DNA from: Endomicrobiales bacterium
Lineage (GTDB): Bacteria; Elusimicrobiota; Endomicrobiia; Endomicrobiales; CAWCFT01
Direction: 5' to 3'
DNA length: 64,000 nucleotides
Assembly (NCBI GenBank): GCA_963794945.1
Contig: CAWCFT010000001.1
Location: 32,001-96,000, forward strand
Program-made: the position numbers and the translations under genes
The notes under the pieces: generated by a model
Told to the model about the DNA's origin: nothing
The model's input: only the letters and a program-made list of their open reading frames with translations
Databases searched by the model: none
In this document: positions 25,342 to 35,991 of the stretch, in pieces
Position numbering within the stretch: the first letter of the stretch is position 1
How the letters are laid out: each line of letters starts with the position of its first letter

Positions 25342-25387
25342 GAGTCTGGATGGATGGATAGATGTATGGTAAAATTTTACAGTTAAT

Positions 25388-26596
25388 TTAAACGGCCCAG
25401 GGATGCCCGCGAATATCAGTAATTTTAATATCAACAATCTTATTGCAATATGAATGCATATTATTATCAGAATTGAGCCTAATATAATTGTCTGTCAAGA
25501 ATGTATTCTTGTTGCCCTCAATAACAGCCGGCCGGACAGTGCCTACGAATCTCTTCCAGAAAGATGTTTCAAGTTCGTTCCCAAGCTCCCTGAGAACCGC
25601 GGACCTGCCCTTGATCTTTTCAGCTGAAACCTCGCTCTTGAACCCTGCGGCAAGAGTTCCTTCTCTCTTGGAAAACCTGAACACGTGAAGCCGGCTAAAT
25701 TTCAGTTTTTTTGCGAGAGCATATGTCTCATTGAAATCCTTGTCCGTCTCGCCGGGAAAACCAACTATAATATCCGTTGAAATACCGGCATCGGGCAATA
25801 TCTTATATACCGACCTAACCTTAGCGGAGAACTGTTCCACCGTGTAAGGCCTTCTCATTTGTTTGAGAATTTTGTCGGAGCCTGATTGCAAGGGAAGATG
25901 AAGGTGCCTGCATAACCGCCTTGGATTTTCCTTCATAAGCCGCAAGAGTTTTCCGGAAACCTCATTAACTTCGAGGGACGAAAGCCGTACGCGAAATTCT
26001 CCTTTGAGTTCAAGTATACTTTTAATTAAGTTTTCTATCCCGCCCTTGTATTTTCCCAGCCTGACGCCCGTAAGAACGATCTCGGGGTAGCCTTGCTCAA
26101 CCAGTTTATTTATCTCGGATAAAACATCGTTTGCCGGCCGGCTGAGCATTTTGTTCCTCACGTAAGGAACGATACAATAAGAACAAAAAGCGTCGCATCC
26201 GTCCTGAATTTTTACGAAAGCCCGCGAGTGGGCATCGAACCGGTTTATGCCGGAGCCCGCTTTCAAGAACGGGCCTTTATCCAGTATCGCTACAGAGGGC
26301 GATATATTTTTCAGTTCCTCGGGTGACCTCAGCGCGTAACAACCTGACACCATTACTTCAATGCCGGGGTTTTTCTTAAGCGCCTGCCTTATCATCTGCC
26401 TGCACTGCCTGTCCGCTTCACCGGTGACCGTGCAGCTGTTTATCAGCAGTGCTCCGGCGCCTTCGATCGCGCCTGTAAGCTCGTAGCCGCTTTGTTTGAA
26501 GTTTTCGCTTAGGATCTGGGTTTCGTACTGGTTTACTTTGCAACCGAAGGAGTGCACATACAGTTTTTTTACGGCGGTGTTTTTACACTTTTTCAT
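25388..26596 (-). CDS. mtaB: tRNA methylthiotransferase MtaB (radical SAM)
   Basis: FGCKVNQYE, INSCTVT, KIQDGCDAFCSYC, HLPLQSGS, DIIVGFPGET; follows rsmE. Confidence 0.88.
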   Translation of the reverse strand: MKKCKNTAVKKLYVHSFGCKVNQYETQILSENFKQSGYELTGAIEGAGALLINSCTVTGEADRQCRQMIRQALKKNPGIEVMVSGCYALRSPEELKNISPSVAILDKGPFLKAGSGINRFDAHSRAFVKIQDGCDAFCSYCIVPYVRNKMLSRPANDVLSEINKLVEQGYPEIVLTGVRLGKYKGGIENLIKSILELKGEFRVRLSSLEVNEVSGKLLRLMKENPRRLCRHLHLPLQSGSDKILKQMRRPYTVEQFSAKVRSVYKILPDAGISTDIIVGFPGETDKDFNETYALAKKLKFSRLHVFRFSKREGTLAAGFKSEVSAEKIKGRSAVLRELGNELETSFWKRFVGTVRPAVIEGNKNTFLTDNYIRLNSDNNMHSYCNKIVDIKITDIRGHPWAV

Positions 26597-27328
26597 ATTC
26601 ACCCGACATGTTCATAACCAGTATCACCGACAACAAGCCGGCTGTTTCAACCCTGAGTATTCTTGAGCCCAGCGTAACAGGCTGAGCACGGAACTTTTTG
26701 CAAGTTCGATCTCTTTTACAGAGAACCCGCCCTCGGGGCCTATGAAAATATTAGCGGTGATAGCTTTTTCTGCCCCTTGAAATACTTCTCTTAAGGTTTT
26801 AGTATTTTCAGCTTCCCAGGGAATTATATTGTAAGTTGACGGCATATTCTGCGCCGCGACACAGCTTATGGCTTCTTTGAGCTCAACTGGCTTTTCTATC
26901 TTCATGAGCCCGGGACGGCCGCACTGCTGGCAGGCCGCTTTCGCCAGCCTTTCCCATCTATCGAATTTTGGCTCGGACGCTTCCCGTATCACACTGCGCT
27001 CGGTTATCAACGGAATGATCTTCGCAACACCCAGCTCGGCCGCCTTTTCGATAAGCCAGCCGAACCTCTCGCCTTTCGGCACGGCGTGATAAAGATTTAT
27101 CGTTGCCGCGGCCGTGCCGTTAGTTTCGGTCTTGATGAACGTTCCTTTTATCTCGTCTTTGGAAACCGTATCGATCACGCCGATCATGGTCCCGCCCTTG
27201 CCGTCAAAAAGCTTGAGCTTGTCGCCCTTGCTATAACGTCTTACAGTGACAAGATAATGTACATCTTCGCCGGTGATCCGGAAAGTGTTTTCGGAAATAT
27301 TCTCGAGAGGAACATAGAAGTGGGGCAT
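26583..27328 (-). CDS. rsmE: 16S rRNA m3U1498 methyltransferase RsmE (frameshift near the 3' end)
   Basis: HYLVTVRR, EKAAELGV, AACQQCGR and IGPEGGFS. The alternative frame gives LGSRILRVETA. Confidence 0.92.
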
Positions 27329-27422
27329 AATTAAAACCAAATTCAAAATTAAAAGATTTAAGATTAAAGATTCAAGGCTCTAATTTTCCAAATTTTTAAT
27401 CTTCTAATCTTAAATTTTGTTG

Positions 27423-28559
27423 CTAACCAAACACCTTTTTGAACACGCCGGGCTCTTCATTGGCAAACTCGCCTATCGATTGGCCGAACTGCTTAAGCGC
27501 GGCTTTCTGTTTTTCGGTCAGGTTCTTCGGCACGATGATATTTGACTTAACCAGCAAATCGCCTTTACTGCGCCTGCCAAGATGAGGGAACCCAGCTTCC
27601 TTTATGCGGAAAGTAGTGCCGACCTGTGTCCCGGGAGGAATTTTAAGCTTTACCTTGCCGTCGAGGGTCTCTACTTCAGCTTCTCCACCCAGCGCGGCTT
27701 TTACAAAACTGATATCTATTTCAGCGTGGAGATCATCTCCAACCCTGGTGAAACGCGCGTCTCTTTTCAAGTGTATGACGACGTAAAGGTCGCCGTGCGT
27801 GCCGCCTTTCGCTCCCATATCGCCCGCGCCCGTAACGCGCAGAGAGGTTCCCTCATCTACTCCCGGAGGGATGCGCACCGTAACTTTGTTAATGTCTTTT
27901 TTTCGGCCCTGGCCGTGGCACGCCTGGCACGGAGTATCAACAATTTGCCCTTCTCCCCCGCACTTGGGGCAGGTCTGAGAGAACGAGAAGAAACCCTGCG
28001 CGTACCGGACTTGACCCGAACCTTTGCACTGCGGGCAGGTCTTGGAACTCGTGCCAGGTTTCGCCCCCGTACCAGAGCAAACAGTACAGTTCTCTTGACG
28101 GGGTATCTCCAGCGGTATCTCTACACCCTTGGCCGCATCATCGAAAGAAAGCTCCAGATCGTACTGAAGGTCCGCTCCTTTTCTCCCGCGCGACCCCCCG
28201 CCTCCGGATGACCGCCTGGAGCCGCCTCCACCGCCAAAAATATCGCCGAATATATCGCCGAATATGTCTCCCGCGTTTGAGAAATCCCCCATGCCGCCGT
28301 AAGCGCCGTTACCGCCGCCGGGAGGCGGAGGAGCGGTGCCGACGCCGGCGTGGCCGTAGGCGTCGTACTGATGCCTCTTTCCAGGATCAGATACCATCTC
28401 GTAGGCTTCGTTTATTTCCTTGAACTTTTCTTCGGCGGATTTGTCGCCGGGGTTCTTGTCCGGATGGTACTTGAGCGCAAGCTTTCTGTACGCCGTTTTG
28501 ATGTCGTCCGGCGTCGCATTTTTGCCTACGCCCAATATCTCGTAATAATCGCGTTTCAT
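27423..28559 (-). CDS. dnaJ: Chaperone DnaJ
   Basis: J-domain with HPD, a G/F-rich region and four CxxCxGxG repeats. Confidence 0.97.
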   Translation of the reverse strand: MKRDYYEILGVGKNATPDDIKTAYRKLALKYHPDKNPGDKSAEEKFKEINEAYEMVSDPGKRHQYDAYGHAGVGTAPPPPGGGNGAYGGMGDFSNAGDIFGDIFGDIFGGGGGSRRSSGGGGSRGRKGADLQYDLELSFDDAAKGVEIPLEIPRQENCTVCSGTGAKPGTSSKTCPQCKGSGQVRYAQGFFSFSQTCPKCGGEGQIVDTPCQACHGQGRKKDINKVTVRIPPGVDEGTSLRVTGAGDMGAKGGTHGDLYVVIHLKRDARFTRVGDDLHAEIDISFVKAALGGEAEVETLDGKVKLKIPPGTQVGTTFRIKEAGFPHLGRRSKGDLLVKSNIIVPKNLTEKQKAALKQFGQSIGEFANEEPGVFKKVFG

Positions 28560-28589
28560 AGTATATGTTTAGCCTGATCCTTTTGTTCC

Positions 28590-30484
28590 TTAATTGCTTG
28601 CTTTCTTGTCGTCTACAACCTCTGCGTCAACTACCTTTTCACCCTGAGCAGCACCCTGGGCCTGTTCTCCGCCCTGCGGTTGGCCCTGCTGCGGATTCGC
28701 CGCCCTGCGGGCCGGCTCCCTGCGACTTCTTCTGGGCTTCCTTATATATGGCCTCGGCAAGCTTGTGGGACGCCGCGGTGAGGTTTTCTTTGGCTTTTCT
28801 TATCGCTGCGGTGTCGCTGCCTTTAAGGGCCTCTTTGGCCTCGCCAAGCGCGCGCTCGATGTTGAGCTTCTCGTCGGCCGATATCTTATCGCCGTGGTCC
28901 TTGAGGCTCTTTTCAGTGGAATAGACCAGCGTATCGGTCTCGTTCTTGACCTCTATCTCTTCCTTGTGCGCCTTGTCGTCCGCAGCGAATTTCTCGGCTT
29001 CTTTTACGAATTTCTCGACTTCTTCCTTGGAAAGCTTCGTCGAAGCCGAGATCCTTATCGACTGTTCCTTGCCCGTGCCGAGGTCCTTGGCCATAACGTG
29101 AAGGATGCCGTTGGCGTCAATATCAAAAGTAACTTCTATCTGCGGAACGCCCCTGGGAGCGGGCGGGATGCTGTCGAGGAAGAATTTTCCTAACGAGACA
29201 TCGTCTTTGGCCATCGGCCGTTCGCCCTGAAGTACGTGTATCTCGACCGACGGCTGGTTATCAGCGGCTGTCGAGAATACCTGGGAGCGTTTTACCGGGA
29301 CGGTCGTGTTCCTGTCTATGATCGCGGTCCTTACTGCGCCGAGCGTCTCAAGGCCGAGCGTGAGAGGCGTGACGTCAAGAAGCAGTATATCCTTTACTTC
29401 GCCCGTCAGCACCGCAGCCTGGATGCTCGCTCCTATCGCTACGCACTCCATGGGGTCAATGCCGTGCTCGAGCTTCCTGCCCACATAGCCCTCAACGAAT
29501 TTCTGGACTATAGGCATTCTGGTAGGGCCGCCGACAAGTATTATCCTGGCGATAGCGTCAACAGAGAGTTTGGCATCGGATATAGCCTGGTCGATCGATG
29601 TTTTGCACCTGTCTACTATGGGCTTAACTATATTCTCAAGTGTTGCGCGCGAGAATTTCATTGTCAGATGTTTCGGCCCCGACGCGTCTGCCGTGATGAA
29701 CGGCAGGTTGAGGTCGGTCTCGAGCACGTTTGAGAGCTCTATCTTGGCTTTCTCAGCCGCTTCTTTTAGGCGCTGTACCGCCATCTTGTCTTTCCTGAGG
29801 TCTATCCCATTTGTCTTTCTGAAATCCTCAGCGATGTAATCTATCAGCGCGTTGTCCATATCGGTTCCGCCAAGCTGTGTGTCGCCTGATGTGGAAAGCA
29901 CTTCGAACGTTCCTTCCTTTCCCATTTCCATAATGGTGACATCGAGCGTTCCGCCGCCGAGGTCGAACACCAGTATCTTCTGCTCGGACCCTGCTTTGTC
30001 TATACCGAACGCGAGCGAAGCCGCGGTGGGCTCGTTGACAAGCCTCACAACTTCGAGGCCCGCGATGGCGCCGGCATCTTTCGTGGCCTGGCGCTGGTTA
30101 TCGTTGAAATACGCCGGCACCGTTATCACGGCCTTTGTAACTGGCTGGCCGAGATAAGCTTCGGCATCCCTCTTTATCTTCTGGAGGATAAAAGCCGAGA
30201 GCTGCTGCGGCGTGTATTCTTTGCCGTAAACGCTGTATTTGTGGTCAGTCCCCATCTTTCTCTTGAACGCCGTGATGGTGCCTTCGGTGTTCGTTACAGC
30301 CTGCCTGCGCGCCGGCTCGCCTATCAAGAGCTGTCCGTCTTTTGTGAACGCTACGACTGAAGGGAATGCCTTTCCGCCAAGCGTTGTGCCTTCGGCTGAA
30401 GGTATAATGGTCGCTTTTTCCGCCTTCCATAACCGCCGCAGCCGAGTTTGATGTTCCCAAATCTATACCAATGATCTTTGCCAT
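28590..30484 (-). CDS. dnaK: Chaperone DnaK (frameshifts near both ends)
   Basis: [25 protein letters not shown] and [16 protein letters not shown]. An alternative frame gives the C-terminus [14 protein letters not shown]. Confidence 0.97.
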
Positions 30485-30554
30485 AACACTTACCTCCGAT
30501 ATTTAACGTTAATAAAACTAAATTTCTTTTTTTGAGACTACTAACAAAAGCCCG

Positions 30555-31106
30555 TCAATTGATTGTCAGCGATGTTGAGGGTTTGGCAACCTTAACCTTC
30601 GCGTGCCTTATTACTCTTTCTTTAAGCATATAGCCTTTCTGAGTCACCTCTATTACCGTCCCTTCAGGGCGGTCGCTTTCCACCTGTTCTATAGCCTCCG
30701 CGAGAGCCGGATCGAACATTTTTCCCAGGCAGTCTATTTCTGTTATACCTTCGCTTGATAGCATCTTTACGAACTCCTGCTTTATAAGCTCGAGCCCTTT
30801 TTGTATACTTTCTATATTAGTTGTAGTAACTATGCTTGCCGACGCCTGCTCCATAACATCCAACAGGCCCACCTGTTTGAGAAGAATTTCCTCTTTTCCC
30901 CATATCATGTGGTTCTGCTTTTCTCTCTCTGTTCTTTTCCTGAAATTATCGAATTCTGCTTTGAGCCTAAGAAGCTGGTTGTAATAATCCTCCGCGGCCT
31001 GCTTCTTTTCTTCAAACGACTGCTTGAGTATATCCAGCTCTGACAGCTTGTCTTCTCTGGCGGCATCCAGGGTTTCACCTGTTTCGGAATTCTTGTTCTC
31101 GTTCAA
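30555..31106 (-). CDS. grpE: Nucleotide exchange factor GrpE
   Basis: AEFDNFRKR, FDP, QKGY...RVIRHAKVKV; lies between hrcA and dnaK. Confidence 0.95.
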   Translation of the reverse strand: MNENKNSETGETLDAAREDKLSELDILKQSFEEKKQAAEDYYNQLLRLKAEFDNFRKRTEREKQNHMIWGKEEILLKQVGLLDVMEQASASIVTTTNIESIQKGLELIKQEFVKMLSSEGITEIDCLGKMFDPALAEAIEQVESDRPEGTVIEVTQKGYMLKERVIRHAKVKVAKPSTSLTIN

Positions 31107-31116
31107 GGAATTTCTC

Positions 31117-32154
31117 CTATTTTTTTCCTGTTAATATCTTGTTGAGCATTTTTGAAACCGCGTTGACGATAGCCATCATCTTTGGGTATTCCATTCTTTT
31201 TGGGCCGATAATACCCAGCATCCCCACCGGGTTGTCACCGTTCTTGTAAACCGAACTTATAACGCTTAAATTCTTAAGCTCTTCGCACGATGATTCCGAA
31301 CCTATAACCACCCGCACCCCTTCACGGTTTATATCTTTTTCCAGCAGGTGCGTAAGTATGCCCTTATCCTCGAACAGTTTCAGTATGCTGCGCATGGGCT
31401 CGTAATCGTGGAACTCGGGCAGCGTAAGCACGCTTGCCGGGCTGTCGAGATACACCTCTTCTTCAAAATCGAACATCTCGCGGCTCATCCTCTTGAACAG
31501 AACGAAAATATCTTTTTCCTGGCGTTCTATCTCTTCTATCTCCTGCACGATCCTCTGTTTAGCCTCAACCAGGTTCAATCCCCTCAACCTCTGGTTTAAC
31601 ACGCGGCTAAGCTCAGTTAACCTTGCCTTTGGGACGCTCATTTCAATGATCTTGTGCTTAACCATGCCGGTCTCCGTGACCATTATGATGAGCACTCGTG
31701 TATCGGAAACGCCTATTAACTCAAGGAATTGCAGCTTGTTCCTGTCAACCTTCGGCGCCAGCACGAACCCGCTGAACTTCGAAAGGGCCGAAAGCACGTG
31801 CGAAGTCTGAGTAAGAATGTCTTCTATCTCTTTTAACCTTGTATCGTACTCCTGGCGGACCCGCTCTTCCTCTTCTATAGCGAGCCTCTGCAGCTCCATG
31901 AGAGAATCTACGTAATCCCTGTACCCCTTATCCGTGGGCATACGGCCGGCGGATGTGTGCGGGTGTGTCAGATAACCTTCTTCCTCAAGCTCCGACATAA
32001 GGCTTCTGATCGTAGCCGGGGAAAGGTCAAAATCGTAGTTCTCGCTCAAAACGTTTGAGGCGACCGGCTTAGCGGTCTTTATATAATGGTGTATGACCGC
32101 CTGCAGTATCTTGTTCTTTCGTTCCTCAAGTATTTTCGGGTTGACCTGTCTCAT
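31117..32154 (-). CDS. hrcA: Heat-inducible transcription repressor HrcA
   Basis: SPATIR, HPHTSAGRMPTDKGYR and GIIGPKRMEY. Confidence 0.96.
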   Translation of the reverse strand: MRQVNPKILEERKNKILQAVIHHYIKTAKPVASNVLSENYDFDLSPATIRSLMSELEEEGYLTHPHTSAGRMPTDKGYRDYVDSLMELQRLAIEEEERVRQEYDTRLKEIEDILTQTSHVLSALSKFSGFVLAPKVDRNKLQFLELIGVSDTRVLIIMVTETGMVKHKIIEMSVPKARLTELSRVLNQRLRGLNLVEAKQRIVQEIEEIERQEKDIFVLFKRMSREMFDFEEEVYLDSPASVLTLPEFHDYEPMRSILKLFEDKGILTHLLEKDINREGVRVVIGSESSCEELKNLSVISSVYKNGDNPVGMLGIIGPKRMEYPKMMAIVNAVSKMLNKILTGKK

Positions 32155-32241
32155 ATTATTCTCTTCAAAATCAAATATCAAATGTCAAATATTTTGATTT
32201 TGATATTTAACTTTTGATGTTTGAATATTATAAAAGTAATA

Positions 32242-32268
32242 TTAGCACTCTATTAGTTAAAGTGCTAA
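32242..32268. promoter_or_regulatory. CIRCE operator upstream of hrcA
   Basis: TTAGCACTC-N9-AAGTGCTAA, one mismatch from the TTAGCACTC-N9-GAGTGCTAA consensus. Confidence 0.93.
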
Positions 32269-32269
32269 T

Positions 32270-32298
32270 ATTATAGCACCAATTCAAATTCTTGTCAA
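32270..32298 (-). promoter_or_regulatory. Consensus sigma70 promoter of the hrcA-dnaK operon
   Basis: TTGACA-17 nt-TATAAT (extended TGCTATAAT) immediately upstream of the CIRCE. Confidence 0.88.
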
Positions 32299-32350
32299 GC
32301 AGGCTACTTATCGAGAGAGAATGGGTTCAGGCTGCCTGGCGGGCACGGGG

Positions 32351-33620
32351 TTATAGGTTCTTATCTACCCCGTGTTTTTTGAGCCTTTCGGAGAAGTCGT
32401 AAGCTCTGCATAGGGTACACAGGAAGGGTACTTTCGCGTCAGGGTTATTGACCGTAGCCCTGAACTTCTTGTATCTTTCAGAATTCCATATCTCTTTCAT
32501 GCTTTTCTCATAGATATTTCCAAAAGCGTGCTCCCTGAGCACGGTTCTTGAGTTAGACATCATTATCGCGCAATCCGGTATAACATACCCCCCCATCATT
32601 ATATAGGGTTCAAGCCAGGCGATGCATTGGTCTATGCAGGCGTTTTTCTGTTTCTCTATGTGGCTGAAGAACACGTTGACACCGTACTTTCTCGCGTTCT
32701 CCATGGTTTTGGCGATTATTTCTTCAGGCACCTTTTCTACGGTCAAAGACCTGGTCTCGGGGAACTCAAGATTACCTACAAAATCAAGCCTTGCTCCGCG
32801 GCCGATCAAGTCCTTATCAAGCGACCCGATAAGCTTAACAAAATCAGGCATTTCGGTTATGTTCGGCTGAAGCATGGTGTATCTGAAACTTAATTCGGGA
32901 AGCGGGCTTTTCTTTTCTTTCTTCATCTCAAGGAACCTGTTAAGGTTTTTTAAGACCCTGTCAAAACTGCATCCTATCCTTATCTTTTCGTAAGTCTGCG
33001 CCGTCGCAGCGTCTATGGAGACGTATATGCCTTCAAGCTTCAGATCTATCACCTTTTCCATTATATCTTCGGTGATCATGTCGAACGAGTCGACAAGATA
33101 TACCGCCGAGTGTTTGGCTTTAGCGTATTCAAGCATCTTAATGTAATCAGGGTTGAGGAAAGCCGAACCTTCCCCCGTAAGCTGGAGCCAGTGAATACCC
33201 GGGAAATTATCGACTATCTTCTTGAATTCTTCGAGGCTGAGATGCTTTTCTTCCTGGTCCTTCCAATAGGTATGCTCGCACATTATGCATTTCCTCGGGC
33301 ATATCGTGGTCACTTCTATCTCGATATATTTCGGGAACGGGGCGAGGAACGGGAATTTTCTAACCAGAGGGTTAAACGCGAAGTAAACGGCTGCTCCTGC
33401 GCCTTCGCCGGTAGGCACAAAGGCTTTTGTGTAAAAGAAGCTGTAAGCCTGTTTGACTCCCCTGTGAAATAAAATATAAAAGAAGGTCTTCAAATATTCA
33501 GAACAGGCTTTTAATTATCATGTTAAAAACATAGCCCGCGCCGAACAGCTTTATCGTCAAGTAAAGCCCTCCGGGCACGAATTTCATCCAGCCTTTTTTT
33601 TCAGGTTTGTTTTCAGTCAT
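32351..33620 (-). CDS. Radical SAM protein with a SPASM/twitch-like domain (likely start 33620; frameshift ~33510)
   Basis: CPRKCIMC and TGEG; C-terminal C...W...G.V.PDC...FGNI...IWN...CTLC. The upstream frame MTENKPEKKGW... joins if one A is removed. Confidence 0.85.
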
Positions 33621-33624
33621 TTGA

Positions 33625-35931
33625 TCATCCTTTTAACATTTTTTGCGCGGTATTTTCCAGCAATTCCCATCTATTCTGAGGGTAGTAATCCTTCATTAGC
33701 AGAAAGTCAGGCGGCTCAGGTTTCAGCTTCGCGGACTGTTCATCTATTATCTCATACAAATACACGTAGTTCTTGGGGTCCGACGAATACCTCTGCCACC
33801 ACTGTTCCTGCTGAAGCTTCATGGAATATATATCCCGGTTCGGTATTGATATATCGGCTATGTCGGCGTAGGCAAGGCGCACGTGATTTTTCCAGAACTC
33901 ATGGAAGGTCTTGAGGCCCTCGGCATCCCAGTAAATAGCATCGTACTGCGGGGTTCTTTTGAGCTCGTTCGAGTTTATCAAAAGATGCGTCACCCCTTCA
34001 CTTTTTAGTTTGGCATAGACGCCTTCCGCCCTCTTCTCTTTGTTAATAGTTTCGATAAGCGGACAGTAGTCGCCCTGGAGGTTAACTATGAAATTCCTCT
34101 TTATATAGTAACCCCTGGGGTCGCAGAATACCATCACCTTCGCGCTTTTAGGGAGGTTATCGTTTATCCATGCCGCGACGTTATAGTACGGCGAAACGTA
34201 GGATGGCCTCTGGGTAGAAAGGTAATCGTATTTTGACTCCATCCCCGTAACTACGCCCAGAGGGTCCTGAATGTTCTTTTGCACACCCATAGCGAACATT
34301 ATATTGATAAGACAAACGCAAGCTAAGGCTCCAAGGAAATATTTTCTGTGGGCCTGCGGCAGAAGCGCCACCGCTCGCCCCAATGGTATGGAAAACACGG
34401 CTACGGCCGATATAAAATACCGCAGGTAAGGCACTTCCGCGGTCCAGTACAAATAGTAAATTACAAAGTACACAAGCATGAACTTGATCTTTTTATCGGG
34501 TTTCCTGAGCATAAAAAGCAGCGGAAGTAACAAGAGGAACGCCGGGCCAATATACCCTTCCGCCCCGACGCTACCCATGGTCAGCTCCCACGGGAGCGTA
34601 AGCTTGCTTATCAATCCGGGTTTCACTGCCGCCATATCGGTCATAGGGGCCTTATGCCCGTGCACCATCATATTGAGGCCGGTATGCGCCTCATTGAAGA
34701 CAAAAGGGTAAAGAGGATGCCCGGTCTGCGCGTAATTCCTGATCATCCAGGGAGAAAACGCTATAGCTGCCGCGGCTGCCACTACGGGAAGCAATACAAG
34801 AAGCTTTTTGAACTGCCTGCCGGAAATGTAATAGTACGCAAGAGCCGCCGAAATTCCGAGCGCCGCTCCGCCGCTTGTATATTTGCTTGCAACCGCTATG
34901 CCTATAAAAACCCCTGACAAGATTGCCCATTTTATTCCTGGCTCGCCGGAGTCGGTCGATTCCACAAGCCGCAGCGCGAAGTAAACCGCCATCATTTCAA
35001 TGAAGATAAGAGGGTACTCGAGGCCGATCCTGGTAGACGCTATAACCACCAGCGGCACTGCGGCAAACAGCAGAAGGGACGCGACCGCTGTCTTGAGATC
35101 AAAATACCTTTTACATATGGCAAGCGCCGCGAAAGCGCTCATGACGGCGAACGAGAAGTTGATAAATTTCGCCGATATCTCATTGCCTAACATCAAAGCC
35201 GTGGCGTAAAGGGTGTGCACGTAAGTGACTATTGAAGACGATTCATAACCGAATATTGTTTTTATCGCGTGGACGTTCACCCAATACTGAGAAACGCTTA
35301 CGTGATAGGATATCGCGTCGTAAAACGTCTCGGGTGTGAGGCTGCCCAGCAGAGCGATAAAAGCGCAGGCCAACAGTATTGCCTTAGAGTACATCGGGGC
35401 GGTTTTGAACTGGTTTAAAAGGTATCCCGGTTCGAACTTGTCTTTGCTTATTTTATAAATGTTGACTGCGGCCAGGGCCACAAGCACGGACAGTATCAAT
35501 TGAATATAGAATAACCCCGCCATGCCCGCCGCAGTTATAAAGAACATTAGCCCCGCGAGCCCAACCGCGGTATCTACCGTGAACTTCTCGGCCTTGTCCG
35601 AGGTGTCCAGCCCCGCGGCTTCGGAGGCCAGCTTACCAAGCCCGTTCGCGGAGAAAAATATTAGAAGCGCAGCCGACGCGCTTAACAGGTTCTTAAGCGA
35701 TACAACCATGAATTTCATGAGCGAGAACGGCTCCTGGTAATTAGCCGAGAAATAAAAACCTATGACTCCCGGCGAAAAAGGGTAAACCTTCAAATACCCG
35801 GCCATCACAACTGCTGCCCAGACAACCATGAGGAATGATACGATCCAGGCCGGAACATAAAATGAATTCTGTATTTGCGCTTGTGGCGCGTTAGCGGCCT
35901 TTTGTTTGTATTTTTTCATATTACCTGCCAT
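33625..35931 (-). CDS. Polytopic membrane glycosyltransferase-like protein (GT-C fold, ArnT/PMT-like)
   Basis: Many hydrophobic segments, plus FYDAISYH, G.AVASKYT, PWMIRNY..TGHPLYPF, RYF and WINDNLP, a pattern typical of GT-C/PMT_2 proteins. Confidence 0.7.
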   Translation of the reverse strand: MAGNMKKYKQKAANAPQAQIQNSFYVPAWIVSFLMVVWAAVVMAGYLKVYPFSPGVIGFYFSANYQEPFSLMKFMVVSLKNLLSASAALLIFFSANGLGKLASEAAGLDTSDKAEKFTVDTAVGLAGLMFFITAAGMAGLFYIQLILSVLVALAAVNIYKISKDKFEPGYLLNQFKTAPMYSKAILLACAFIALLGSLTPETFYDAISYHVSVSQYWVNVHAIKTIFGYESSSIVTYVHTLYATALMLGNEISAKFINFSFAVMSAFAALAICKRYFDLKTAVASLLLFAAVPLVVIASTRIGLEYPLIFIEMMAVYFALRLVESTDSGEPGIKWAILSGVFIGIAVASKYTSGGAALGISAALAYYYISGRQFKKLLVLLPVVAAAAAIAFSPWMIRNYAQTGHPLYPFVFNEAHTGLNMMVHGHKAPMTDMAAVKPGLISKLTLPWELTMGSVGAEGYIGPAFLLLLPLLFMLRKPDKKIKFMLVYFVIYYLYWTAEVPYLRYFISAVAVFSIPLGRAVALLPQAHRKYFLGALACVCLINIMFAMGVQKNIQDPLGVVTGMESKYDYLSTQRPSYVSPYYNVAAWINDNLPKSAKVMVFCDPRGYYIKRNFIVNLQGDYCPLIETINKEKRAEGVYAKLKSEGVTHLLINSNELKRTPQYDAIYWDAEGLKTFHEFWKNHVRLAYADIADISIPNRDIYSMKLQQEQWWQRYSSDPKNYVYLYEIIDEQSAKLKPEPPDFLLMKDYYPQNRWELLENTAQKMLKG

Positions 35932-35991
35932 TTTATAGTATTGAACAGCGAAAATATATTCTAAAACCTCAGATATCCCAGGAGCATTCTG

